NCBI RefSeq assembly: GCF_001194135.2
Contig: NC_068982.1
Span: forward strand, 171,173,957 to 171,237,956
Length of the DNA stretch: 64,000 bases
From: Octopus bimaculoides
Lineage: Eukaryota
Direction of reading: 5' to 3'
The notes under the pieces were generated by a model. It ran no database searches, was not told the DNA's origin, and worked only from the letters and a program-made list of their open reading frames with translations. Below, piece by piece: positions 39,421 through 50,910 of this stretch. Positions within the stretch are counted from its first letter, which is position 1; every line of letters begins with the position of its first letter. The translations under genes and the position numbers were made by a program.

Positions 39421-39495
39421 CTTTCTGTAGAAGAACCAAAACTCGAAACATCAAAGACTTCTTCCATTTTCCTTGAGCTTCAAGCTAATATACCT
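39421..39495 (+). repeat. Dispersed repeat with hammerhead-like architecture (variant CTGT core)
   Basis: CTTT-CTGTAGA-A-GAACCAAAACTC-GAAA-CA-TC-AAAG; homologous to 48058-48135 (-) and partly to 38232-38275 (-). Confidence 0.6.
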
Positions 39496-39641
39496 TGTTT
39501 GTTATTCCCTCACTTCTCTCAGCCTTTCGTTGTTTGTGTTTTGTTTTTTTCTGCACAGTTTGAACCATATATATACACATGGGCGTACCAGATTGATCCT
39601 ACCTGACTGTATGTATGTATGTATGTATGTATGTATGTATG

Positions 39642-39679
<38 letters not shown>

Positions 39680-39838
39680 ACTTTCTATCAATCTATCTAT
39701 CTCACTGTCTCTCACTCTCTTTTTCTCACTCTCTCTCTCATACACACTCTCTCTCTAGCACTCCCTCTCTCTATCTGTATATTTATATGTGTGTGTGTGT
39801 GTGTGCGTGCGTGTGTGCGTGCGTGCGTGTGTGCGTGC

Positions 39839-39878
<40 letters not shown>

Positions 39879-39884
39879 TTTATA

Positions 39885-41113
39885 TAGGGTGTCCCAAATT
39901 TAAGGCAACCAACTCTTTTCAATTTTGCTAAAGTAAAATATTGTTATATTTTGGGTCCGAACATTGCAATGCGATGGTAAAGGAAACACAATCGTGACAC
40001 TACCACATTTATTCGATATCACCACCTCTGTTTCGAATCATAGCCTTAAGTCTAGGTTCGAATACTTCACACGTAGCATGCAGCACTTTTTGTAGAATGG
40101 AAGCCTATTCCTGGTGCAGTTTTGCTTTTACAGCGTTGAGCAAAGCATGAGGAGTGTTCGACGCGTCAGCTCCAAAATTGACCAAACAGAAAAATCCAAT
40201 GGTTTGAGATCAGGATTTCTTGGTCGTCATACATCCTCGTCTATGAACAATGAAATGCTTTTCTGAATCCAGTGGTATGTCTGTTTGAAGCTGTGGGATG
40301 GTGCCGAGTCCTGTTGAAGGCTCCAAGTTGCGCCTAGAAGGTGTTCATTTGTTAATGGAAGCAGTTCAGCTTCCAGAATTTCGCTAGTATATCGATCAGT
40401 GTTAATTCTAACACCCAAGGGCACAAAAACGAGGCGGGACCTTTCAGCCACCCAAACTGACTAGATTTTGACATCGATTTCCGACTCTACTCTCGACGGA
40501 GCCAGATACACATCAAATTCGCTCATTCTGGTGGTTTACTGTCAATTTGATGTCACATTTCTTTTCATCGGTGAACACCAGGCTGAGCAGCGTTCCTTCA
40601 GCAATCTGAGGCAGGATAAGACGACTTCTCTCCAGTCTCATAACCTTATAAACTTGCTTGAGCTCATGACGACGGATTATCTTTTAGGGGTGGGTCCTGA
40701 GATCCTCGTTCAGCACTTGCGTTGTAGCAGTCAGTTTTCTGACGGAAAGACGAGGATTTCGCTGTATCTTTTCCCTCATACTTTGATAAGCTGAGAGACC
40801 TGCGCGCTCCTATTTCGGCCGCATCCAAGTTGATCAGCGGTGGAACTAGTCTCTAGAAATTTCTTGGCAATATTCCATACTAGTTCGGTTAATTTTAAAG
40901 CTTTTTTGCTATAGCTGTATTACTTTCGCTTCCTTTGTGGAGGGTTATGATTGTATTTTGGTTTATAGCCATTATCTAATTTATAAATCTGAATTTATTT
41001 AGTCCGAAACAGAAAGAAGCTTTTATAATGATGCATAATTTTCATATCGTATCACGTTCATTGATAGTTATTAAAGCCCCAAACTTCGATTGCCTTAATT
41101 TCAGAACACCCTG
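39885..41113 (-). mobile_element. DD37D (maT) Tc1/mariner transposon, near full length (1229 bp), inactivated
   Basis: 26-bp TIRs (39885-39910 / 41088-41113, 20/26 identical) with TA on both sides. Transposase starts at ATG 40972; motifs LVFTDEKK, LQQDSAPSH and RNPDLKPLDFSVWSILE, with exactly 37 residues between the second and third D. Multiple stops and frameshifts. Confidence 0.93.
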
Positions 41114-41377
41114 TATATATCGTCAATAATATTCCGCACATTTGGCTAGCTTTTTTTCCTTTAGTCTCGATGATGTGGTTTCGGTTTTTCGACCAATGGA
41201 ATTCCTATTTGTAACATTAACGTGAAAATGTTCGTAGACGTTGCAGATCTGTATAAAGTTATAGTAATTCTAACACGAAACAATATAGCATTGGGTAAAA
41301 AAAAATAAAAAGAAAAGTGGGCCTTTGAGTTTCAGTGCTATAAAATGGTGAGAGAGAAGGGATAGGAAAGTTAGCAT

Positions 41378-41500
41378 TACTCTTATCGACTTTGGAATTG
41401 ATTAAATGCATCGTTAATCTGGACGTGATTTGAACTCAGAACACACATTGCATACACATTTTATTCGACCCGATGCGTTTACAATTCTGCTAATTTGCTT
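41378..41500 (-). mobile_element. SINE family A, highly degraded
   Basis: TTATCGAC..GATTTGAACTCAGAAC..TTTACAATTCTGCTAATT, same order of blocks as the other family A copies. Confidence 0.45.
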
Positions 41501-42466
41501 ACGTAGCCTAGGCATCATATTATTAACCATTATTATATTACTGCTTGTTGCAGTGGTTCTAGTAATATTTTTGTCGGTGGTTTTATTCTTACGGGAGGAA
41601 GCTGTACTCCAAAAGATAATCATAATGATGGTGGTGCTGGTGGACTTTCATTGCTAAAAATATTCGTATGGAATCCTTAAAATATAAACAGACATAGAGG
41701 GGAGATTGTAAGAAAGGGAGACGAGATGGGAATAACCAAAGATAAAAAACGAGGGAAGAGTAAAGAAACATTGAAATTGAGATAGCTAGAGGAAGAAAAT
41801 AAAATAAAGATATCAGAATTAATGAAAAGTTGAGATGCATTAAAGAAAGGAAACGAAAGAGTGAGAAAGAAAGAAAGAAAGACAGATATAAAGAAAGAAA
41901 GATATAAAGAAAGAAAGAGGGAAAGAGAGAGACAGAAATAGAGAGAGAGAGACAGAGAGAAAATATGAGACGTAGAAAGACAAAAGGAAAGATAGCATAT
42001 ACACATATACATTAATGAACATCTGATTGTGTGCAGGTGTGTTATTGACATATTTATTAGAATTACAAGAAAGTATATAACATTGGATGCACATTATATA
42101 TTTCATTGTAATAAGAAATTCTAAAGTGGTTTTGAGTAGGAGTTTAATAATAGATTTGAAGTAGAGGCCTGAGATTTCGAAAATTTACAGTAAACAACAA
42201 AAGTTTATTGACGATAGTTCCTTTGTAAAAAATTCAATTCTCAATTATAGGTTTCATTCGAAAGTTGCTGAGTGCTACAGCATAAATCGTTGTTACTCAA
42301 CGAATCGACACAGTCGTTTGTTTTCAGTTTCCGATTGGTGCCACATTGATTCAATTACGCAAAGAGTCCTCTTGAAAAACATGGATATACAGATATGCAT
42401 TTCTTTCTAGTATTCTATATATTGTAGATCTTTCGCTGACATGAGAAATACATTATTGCATAATAC

Positions 42467-42520
<54 letters not shown>

Positions 42521-42564
42521 NNNNNNNNNNNNNNNNNNNNNNNNNNNNNNNNNNNNNNNNNNNN

Positions 42565-42605
<41 letters not shown>

Positions 42606-43499
42606 TAGACAGAGAGAGAGAAAGAGAATGAGAGAGGAGAGATAGATAGATATAGATATATAGATAGATATGTGTGTGTTTTTGAGCGTGCATTCCTATG
42701 TAGGTATGTGTACTTACACCCACGTCCATATATACACTCACAGTGAAGGGAAAAAGGAGGAATATTTCTTTGTATATCATTATGGTGCAGTAACAGAATG
42801 TTAGCTATAAGAAAGTGTGGCTACAATGAAATCTAATAAACATCCAAGGTTATGTATGCAAAATAACTAAGGAAATACAAACATTAATATTAGAATAATA
42901 TCAATTTAGCATAAATATCTACATCCATATACACACATGCAATATAATTATAAAAGTATTTTAGAACTTCTCATAGTGCCACAATAACATATTTCTCACA
43001 TGCGCTTACACAGTCCCATACGCAAGGAAATTTTCGTCCTGCAATGTCGTCTTCCGGGTATGAGTCGACTTGCCTTTATTGCCTTCAAATTTTAATTTGA
43101 AAAATTCGAATTCTATGCTAGAAAATACGGTGGGCTTCTTTGAAATTATTTTTCAAATTGTGTTCTTTGCAGAATTCAAACCGGTTACTAACACAGTAGT
43201 ATGTTTTTTTTTTCCTTAAGTCAAGACAGTACCTGTGTAGATTTATGTATGCTTGTGTTCGTGAGTGTCATGTGTGCCGTGTGTATATGAGGGCGTGTGG
43301 ATAAGCTGTGTGAGTAAGCCTACACTCGCGGGTGTTCGCGTCATGATAGCACACAAATGTATATTTCATTGTTGTCTATGTCTATGTCACCGCGTATAAA
43401 TTGTCACTCAGAAGCTTCAAACTGAGATATCCGGATTATTATTTTTTTCCTGTTTCGTGAATATTCACTTTTCCTCTGATCCCTTATATCTGGAGAAAA

Positions 43500-45300
43500 T
43501 GAATTAATCTGCTGTGTTTTAATCTGCTGTGTTTTCTTGGGAGGTACTTAGGCATTTCCATATGTCTAAGTAGGTCTGTTGCTATGGAACTCAAGGCATC
43601 TATGATAATAGGAACAAATGAAAATCTATAACCTGGATATAAGAAACTGTAGGGGTTTCATCAATTATCTATAGATCTTCTCGTCTCCAATTTTTGAAGG
43701 GTATATTCACATCTGCTGGGTAACAGAACTCCATAACGGTGCATAAAGTTTGCTCTCTCTCCCATTCAACTAAATCTGTCCTGTTATGTTTATGACGAGT
43801 TGCAGTTTTTTATTAGAATGTTCTGCAAGTGTTCTTTATATGTATAGGTGTGGATAATTTCTGTTCTGGTGTCAGGATTATCGTTCCTGCGTGATGCATA
43901 GTAGATCATCTTAGCGATATTTTTGAACAGCTACTGAAGATATGAGTGATATATTCTACACTAGTATGGCACAATCGGCACTTTCTATTACAACGTGCAG
44001 GTTCAAAAGCACTTTTCTCTCGTTTGTTGATATTTCGTTGCTATATTTTGTTTGCTGGATGCGAATAGCATAGTCTTTTTGGTGAAATATAATGTACGCA
44101 TCACTGCTACCGTGCTCCAACTTGCGGGATATGTTTTCATGCATACTTTCTGCTGCTATCATTAACATTTCTCTTTCAAGTCTCTATTTAAATAGATTAG
44201 TCCAGCCATCTTGAGATATCTCATGGTTTTATTGACTTCGTTGTTAAGTATACATATAATGTACACGACTTTGCTTTTCTTCTCAGTAGGTGTTGTTCAA
44301 GTGACACATTGGGGCACTCAAATGCCGTTTTGACTGATCTATTATCTCTAAATATACCCGCCCTGCGTTTAACATAGATCCAGTCACTGTTGTTGTTGAT
44401 GTGGACGCTACCTGTCATCGTTTGTCTCCTGCTAGCCCAGATCGCCAAGTCGCAAATTTCATCAAGTGTTCAGTCTAATATCCTAAACATTGATACTATC
44501 ACTACCACACTGTAAAAGTATTGTGGAGTATAGTTTAATTGCATGTACACTTCTCTGACTTCCATATCTTCCAAAGTTTGCTGAAATGTTCTTTTTCTGC
44601 TTTAGCTTTACTCACAGCACCAACATATGCAGCATACACATCGATCCCAAAAAATTTGTAACATTCACCACTGGTGATAGGGGAAATACGCAGGCCATTG
44701 ATATTCATATTCTTTCCTGGTCGACAGCCTTTCTTCATTTGACTGCCAGCTGTGAACACTTACCCTGTCCAAATTTCATTCCTAAGTCTCGTGAAAATGT
44801 GACATGTTCCAACTACTTCTTGGTGACATGAGTATTACTCAACATAGTTTAAAGTCATCAACGAAAGACATTTTTGGTGAATTTAATCTTCCATCTACAG
44901 TTACTATCATGCAGTACTCTATTTCCTTAACAAGGCGGAAAAGGAGATCACTATTAGGACAAAATGCATTACGGATGAACTGCCACACTAAAATAATTCT
45001 TACGAGTCTAATTCTCTTAGTGAATTTAACAGAAGCCTCGGCTCTTAGCAACAGCTCTGTGGACCATATTGTCAGCCTCTTAATGTCACTTGATATAGAA
45101 AATCTTAGCAATGGGGAGTAGCTCTATAATCCTTGAGTTTGAAACAGAATCAAACGCTTTCTAAGAACCTTGCAGGTTTCGGCAACGTTAAGAACTGTTT
45201 TGTTGATGAGGAGTTGTCCGAAACAGCACGCCCTCTTGTTTGCCATCTCCAAGCTCTTCAGCCTCTACATTGCAATTTCGGAGTGAACGCATTCAAGTTA
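43500..45300 (-). mobile_element. Old R4/Dong-type LINE relic (RT + RLE)
   Basis: Minus strand: GQLLINKTVL, KAFDSVS (45131-45160), SFVDDFKL (44841-44868), FSRDLGMKFGQGKC, CYKFFGID..KIWKSE, TMTGSVHINN..AFEC..SLEQHLL, HNRTDLV..VMEFCYPADVNI..FVPIIIDAL. Many stops and frameshifts. Confidence 0.88.
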
Positions 45301-47104
45301 CCCGTGTATAATGGTTAAATCACATCCTGAGATTCACAAATTTCTCCCGATATTTCTGCAGCCTGCAATATCTGACCCCTGCCTCTTGTGCTGCCATGGT
45401 GTATACAGTAGTAATTCCACTTGTTGAGTTTGTTTTAATTTTCACCGCTTCATTACTGCTATGATTTTCTATGCAAAAGGTGATTGATCTCATTTTTTCC
45501 AAAAGGTGACAAATGTTTTTAGCACATGAGTTATATAAATGTCAAATCTTCTTGAGGATAGTGTCCTTTACAGAAAGATGGAAGATGAATAATCTCCTTG
45601 TGCCGAAATGACGTATTAGTAACATTTCTTTACAAAGATTTACTTTCACATTGATGAGGGAAGCGGAAAGCAAACATGTGGAAGTTCTCAGTGAGTCAAT
45701 GAATTTTATTTAGTTTCTGTACTTGAAAATGATTGTTCCGATTGACTATATCCAGGTATTGCAAAAAGAATTTCCGCCTATACGTGTACTTAATCTTCAT
45801 GTAAGCACTGCACTATGACATTACAGCGATGAGCTATACTGAGATATTTCAATTAAAATTAAGTTATTTCCTGCTATTGACAATGCACAGCTTGCAGTCA
45901 CGGTTAATAAATGGTAGAGCCTACCTAGCTCTAAGCCTTATCACAGAAACGCATTAACATTTGTGTTGTAGTAAACGGCTCCCTTGTAAAATTAACATGC
46001 ATTTCTTTGAGTAATAATGTTGAACCAGTATTTTACGTAGTGGTGAGTCTACTGCGTAAAGGAAACACATTCTGACATAAAGGAAGCACATCACTTCTAT
46101 CACCAACGTATTTTCAACGTTTCCTAATTTTCTTGGTCAATACCTATGAGCCATGATAGACATTGTGGTGACTAAACAAGGCAATGATACTCATATATGC
46201 AATTTATTGTCTCTTCACATCAGAAATTCAAAATGTCTTTTAATATCTGCGACAGGTATTTTTGTCGAAACGTAGGACATATCTGAAAACATTATTTTGT
46301 CGATGGCATATAATCTGCGACATTTTAGTTTTACTGTTAGGAATTCTGTCATGCAATTTAAATTTTGAAGTAACATGCATATCCTTTAAATATGTATAAG
46401 AAACCTCATACATTTTGGACCCTGCAACATTGATTTAAAACTCTTTCAAACGTATCATAATATTTATTACCTTGAAGTATCAGTTCATTGAAACGGGAAA
46501 TATCCTTGTAGCTTAAAAATAATTCCTAGTCGGCGTTTCATTAATATAAGTATAAAACTTCTTGAACACCAAGAATACATCTAGCATTGAGAGAAGATTA
46601 TAGTCAGAAATATATTGGCGGTTTACCTGTACCAGCGAACCATATAATTTTAGTATTGAAAAACACGTTGTTTCTCTATAACCTAGTCGTTCAGCGTCCA
46701 CGTACTATACCGTATAGTGGAAGAAATATGTTGGTGATGGAAATAGTTCACTAAAAAGATAATGGAGAAGCTCAATAATTGTATTTCTCTCAAATTATCA
46801 AATGTCTGCCCCCGACCAAAGAAATAAAGAGCTAGCAAATTTTAGCACAAACTAAATTTATTTATAAGGTAAAAATACTATTTGCGCACACCTATCTCTT
46901 TTCAACGTTTAAAATTCTTAAAACCGTCTTAGATTTATTGAACATGCAAATTAGCTGCCCTCTTTTCAATGTTCTCATCACAGCCATCCACCTGCAATAA
47001 CAAAAAAAGCAGTCTTATGAAATGATCTGTTGACTTGGGGTAAGCCTTAACACAACACGACAATATGCATACACGCACCCACATTTACATTTATATGTGT
47101 ACAC

Positions 47105-47232
47105 ACACACACACGCGCGCGCATACACACTCGTACACACACGTGTAACTACAATCACTTACAGATGCACACACACGCGCGCATACACACTCGTACACAC
47201 ACGTGTAAATAAGATCACTCACAGATGCACTC
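47105..47232. repeat. ~60-bp tandem duplication x2
   Basis: ACACACGCGCGCATACACACTCGTACACACACGTGTAA..ATCACT.ACAGATGCAC occurs twice. Confidence 0.9.
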
Positions 47233-47349
47233 ATAAAATGCCTATAAGTACACACGCATGAACATAAATAAATGCATATCTATATATGCATGTACAAACA
47301 TATATGTGTATGCGATAGAGTATTTTAGCGACTCAGAAGAGAAAACTCG

Positions 47350-47366
47350 AGATAGATAGATAGATC

Positions 47367-47415
<49 letters not shown>

Positions 47416-47445
47416 GTAGATAGATAGATAGATAGATAGATAGAA
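47350..47445. repeat. (GATA)n microsatellite
   Basis: Read directly. Confidence 0.96.
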
Positions 47446-47479
47446 TACAACATAGCAGCAGGTAGAAATATACGGAAAT

Positions 47480-47776
47480 AATGCTGAAATCGTGTCTTTG
47501 AAATAATGAAATTAAAATTTTAGAAAACATTACTAGGTCGTTGGAATGTGGTTTAAACTATTTACGAAGTAAAAATACTTCACGAACATATGGAAGAAAA
47601 TATATTTATTTTTAAAAAAAAAGCAAAATTTAAAAAAATAAGAAATTTAAATCAGTAATCCACACACGCAGAAATGTAAATGCATTTGGGTCAAAGTGAA
47701 TTCACTTGACTAAATATATTTTTAACTTCAGTTTCAATTACGAAAATTGAGTGAAGAAACAGGTAAATGTAATTAT
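47480..47776 (+). repeat. Copy 1 of a local direct duplication (copy 2 at 49473-49750)
   Basis: Shared blocks AATGCTGAA, GAAATAA, AGGTCGTTG, AAATGCATTTGGGTCAAA, TTGACTAAATATA, AATTGAGT.AAGAAACAG.TAAATGTAATTAT. Confidence 0.88.
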
Positions 47777-47919
47777 TTCACTGCGTCTTTGTACATGCAT
47801 TTATACACGCGCACACACGTGTGTTTCTATATTCGAATGTGTATGCGTGAGTATGTTCGAGTGTGTATATGTGAGTGCGTGAGTTAATCTATAACCGTAT
47901 ATATATANNNNNNNNNNNN

Positions 47920-47966
<47 letters not shown>

Positions 47967-48057
47967 GTGTGTGTGTGTATGTATGTATGTATATCTATAT
48001 ATATATATGAAAGTGATAGAGAAACGAAAGACGAAGACAGGTGTATGACCAAGAAGC

Positions 48058-48135
48058 AAGTGAATTAGTTTGACGCTCAGGAAAATGAAAAAGTCTTTTA
48101 CGTTTCGAACCTACGCTTTTGAACAGGAAGGAATA
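48058..48135 (-). repeat. Second copy of the variant-hammerhead-like repeat
   Basis: Reverse complement reads CTTC-CTGTTCA-A-AAGCGTAGGTTC-GAAA-CG-TA-AAAG then ACTTTTTCATTTTCCTGAGCGTCAAACT, homologous to 39421-39495. Confidence 0.6.
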
Positions 48136-48202
48136 AGAGAAAATAAACAGAGAGAGAGAATGAAAAAACTTCTAGATTGCAGCGGCCCAGCTATTATAAT
48201 AG

Positions 48203-48660
48203 TATTATAATAGTCTTTCAATATATTACAATATAGGTGTCTATGGGAATTAAAACTAAGAAAGCAAAATTCATAAATAAGGATTGAACGGTTCGGCGTT
48301 TTTTTTTCTCTTATGAGCAAATGGGAAACCAACTATTTCTTTAACCCGGCGTGAATTGCGGAAACCCCTGACGAGAAACAAGACCATGCTGGTTAAATCT
48401 CAAAATAACGTGATAGAGTTTTATCAAACTACTTCATTCTGTGAGTTTATCTCAGAGAAGAAAGATGTTGTGGCTTGCTGCTCGCAGTGGATGAAAATCT
48501 CATGAGGTTGGTGATTTTGTGTAGCTATTCGAGTCATATATTTTAGCGCTCATTTCTAGCAATTGCACGTACTATGTGCACCCTTATTTATGAATTTTGC
48601 CTTTTTAGTTTTAATTGTTTTAACTACTTATATTATAACATATTTCAATATATCATAATA
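48203..48660. mobile_element. Foldback/MITE-like element with ~80-bp AT-rich inverted arms
   Basis: 48248-48282 vs reverse complement of 48582-48616 are 33/35 identical; weaker similarity extends outwards. Confidence 0.65.
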
Positions 48661-48664
48661 TATC

Positions 48665-48714
48665 ATGATAAGATAGGTTTCTTTATTAGCCACACAGGGC
48701 TCAACACAGAGGGG
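48665..48714 (-). mobile_element. SINE family A tail-1 end (remainder in gap)
   Basis: TTTCTTTATTAGCCACACAGGGCTCAACACAGAGGGG matches the tail at 55195-55235. Confidence 0.75.
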
Positions 48715-49472
48715 NNNNNNNNNNNNNNNNNNNNNNNNNNNNNNNNNNNNNNNNNNNNNNNNNNNNNNNNNNNNNNNNNNNNNNNNNNNNNNNNNNNNNN
48801 NNNNNNNNNNNNNNTATGTATGTATCTATGTATATGTATATATATATATATATAAATATATATATACACACATATATACACATATACATATATATATGTA
48901 TATGTATATATGAGCGATTAAGCGAAATTAGCGAATGACATTCCGCATTTTGTTAACTAGAGTTATTTAACTATATAAAGATCTTTCTTAACGTAATTAC
49001 TTCTAGAATTTGTATCTGATTAGATTGTAAATTCTACTGACATTTTTCCCGACAGTTATATACGCATGCACACTCATACACACGTATATTTCCATATATA
49101 AACAAACAAAGGCTGACATAGACATACATAGATACGTTGGCAAATCAAAACTTCGAAGTACCTGTCAAGTTATTCTGTGTGAAGATGCATGTTGGTGCGT
49201 GCGTGTCTCTCGGTGTAACGATGATTTACAAAATTTAGGCACTCGCAAACACACATTTATACATTATACACGCTAACGACACAAAGACACACACACACAC
49301 ACACACCTGTGTGTTGTATATACGCGCCCGTTTGTAACTGTGTGCGTCTTTGAAATCTAGGAGTCACGGTACATGTAGGTACATGGAAAGATAGATACTT
49401 GGGAGAATAAGAGAAAGAATGAGGAAGAAGATGGGGGAGAAAGAAGAAAGAGGGTTGGTTTATAGATCGAAA

Positions 49473-49750
49473 AATGCTGAATTCGTATCCTTGAAATAAC
49501 ATTAAAATTAGAATTTTTAATAGAATTTGTAGGTCGTTGAAATTTCGTTTTAACAATTTATGAAGTGAAAATACCTGATGAAAGTATGTAATAAACGAAT
49601 ACGTATAGAATAAATAGAATTTCCAATGAGGGATTCAAACATGCGAAACATAAATGCATTTGGGTCAAAATGAATTTTCTTGACTAAATATAGTTTAAAC
49701 TTCATTTTAAATGACAGAAATTGAGTAAAGAAACAGATAAATGTAATTAT
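49473..49750 (+). repeat. Copy 2 of the local direct duplication
   Basis: See 47480-47776. Confidence 0.88.
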
Positions 49751-50140
49751 ATAAATGTCTCATGTATTCTTCGTTAAANNNNNNNNNNNNNNNNNNNNNN
49801 NNNNNNNNNNNNNNNNNNNNNNNNNNNNNNNNNNNNNNNNNNNNNNNNNNNNNNNNNNNNNNNNNNNNNNNNNNNNNNNNNNNNNNNNNNNNNNNNNNNN
49901 NNNNNNNNNNNNNNNNNNNNNNNNNNNNNNNNNNNNNNNNNNNNNNNNNNNNNNNNNNNNNNNNNNNNNNNNNNNNNNNNNNNNNNNNNNNNNNNNNNNN
50001 NNNNNNNNNNNNNNNNNNNNNNNNNNNNNNNNNNNNNNNNNNNNNNNNNNNNNNNNNNNNNNNNNNNNNNNNNNNNNNNNNNNNNNNNNNNNNNNNNNNN
50101 NNNNNNNNNNNNNNNNNNNNNNNNNNNNNNNNNNNNNNNN

Positions 50141-50200
<60 letters not shown>

Positions 50201-50206
50201 AGAGAG
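50141..50206. repeat. (GA)n microsatellite
   Basis: Read directly, next to a gap. Confidence 0.96.
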
Positions 50207-50469
50207 AGTTCTGCGAGTGTCTTTCCATGTGAGATACGTAGTTAGAATGACTAAATGCGTTGCTATCTCCATAGTTTGAGATTGTTCTGTCATGCTTTTG
50301 TTTTTTCTACGTTTTCATCTAGTTTATTTCTGTTTACACTATTTTCGTTTTTTTTTATTTTGCATTGATTATATTGCCTTAGTTTCTATTTCTTACCTCA
50401 TTCTTGAGATATTGACTTCTCTTTTTTACAAGAACATTCACTGCACTTCTCTCTCCGTCCCCTCCTCCA

Positions 50470-50504
<35 letters not shown>

Positions 50505-50875
50505 CTCAGTATCTCTCACATTCTAACTTTCTCCGCCAAATCTCCCTCGAGATTCGCCATATTAAATATTTAGCCTCCAATAATGCTAAAAGTTGCAGTT
50601 CTAATTTTAATTCTCACTTCGGTTTCATCTCGTTTCCTCTTAAGAAGAAAATAGCTATATATGTAGGAGCATACGTGCGTGAGTGTATGAGTGTTTATAA
50701 AAGCATACACATATACATACGTATATATGTAAGTACATAGATGCTTACACGCAAAGGATAAATATACATGCGTATATACATAGCTACTTACGTACATAAA
50801 TGTGTGTGCTCGTGCTAGTTAACATAGCAATACGAACAAAAATATGCCCATATATATTTTACATCTAAATTCTTC

Positions 50876-50910
<35 letters not shown>

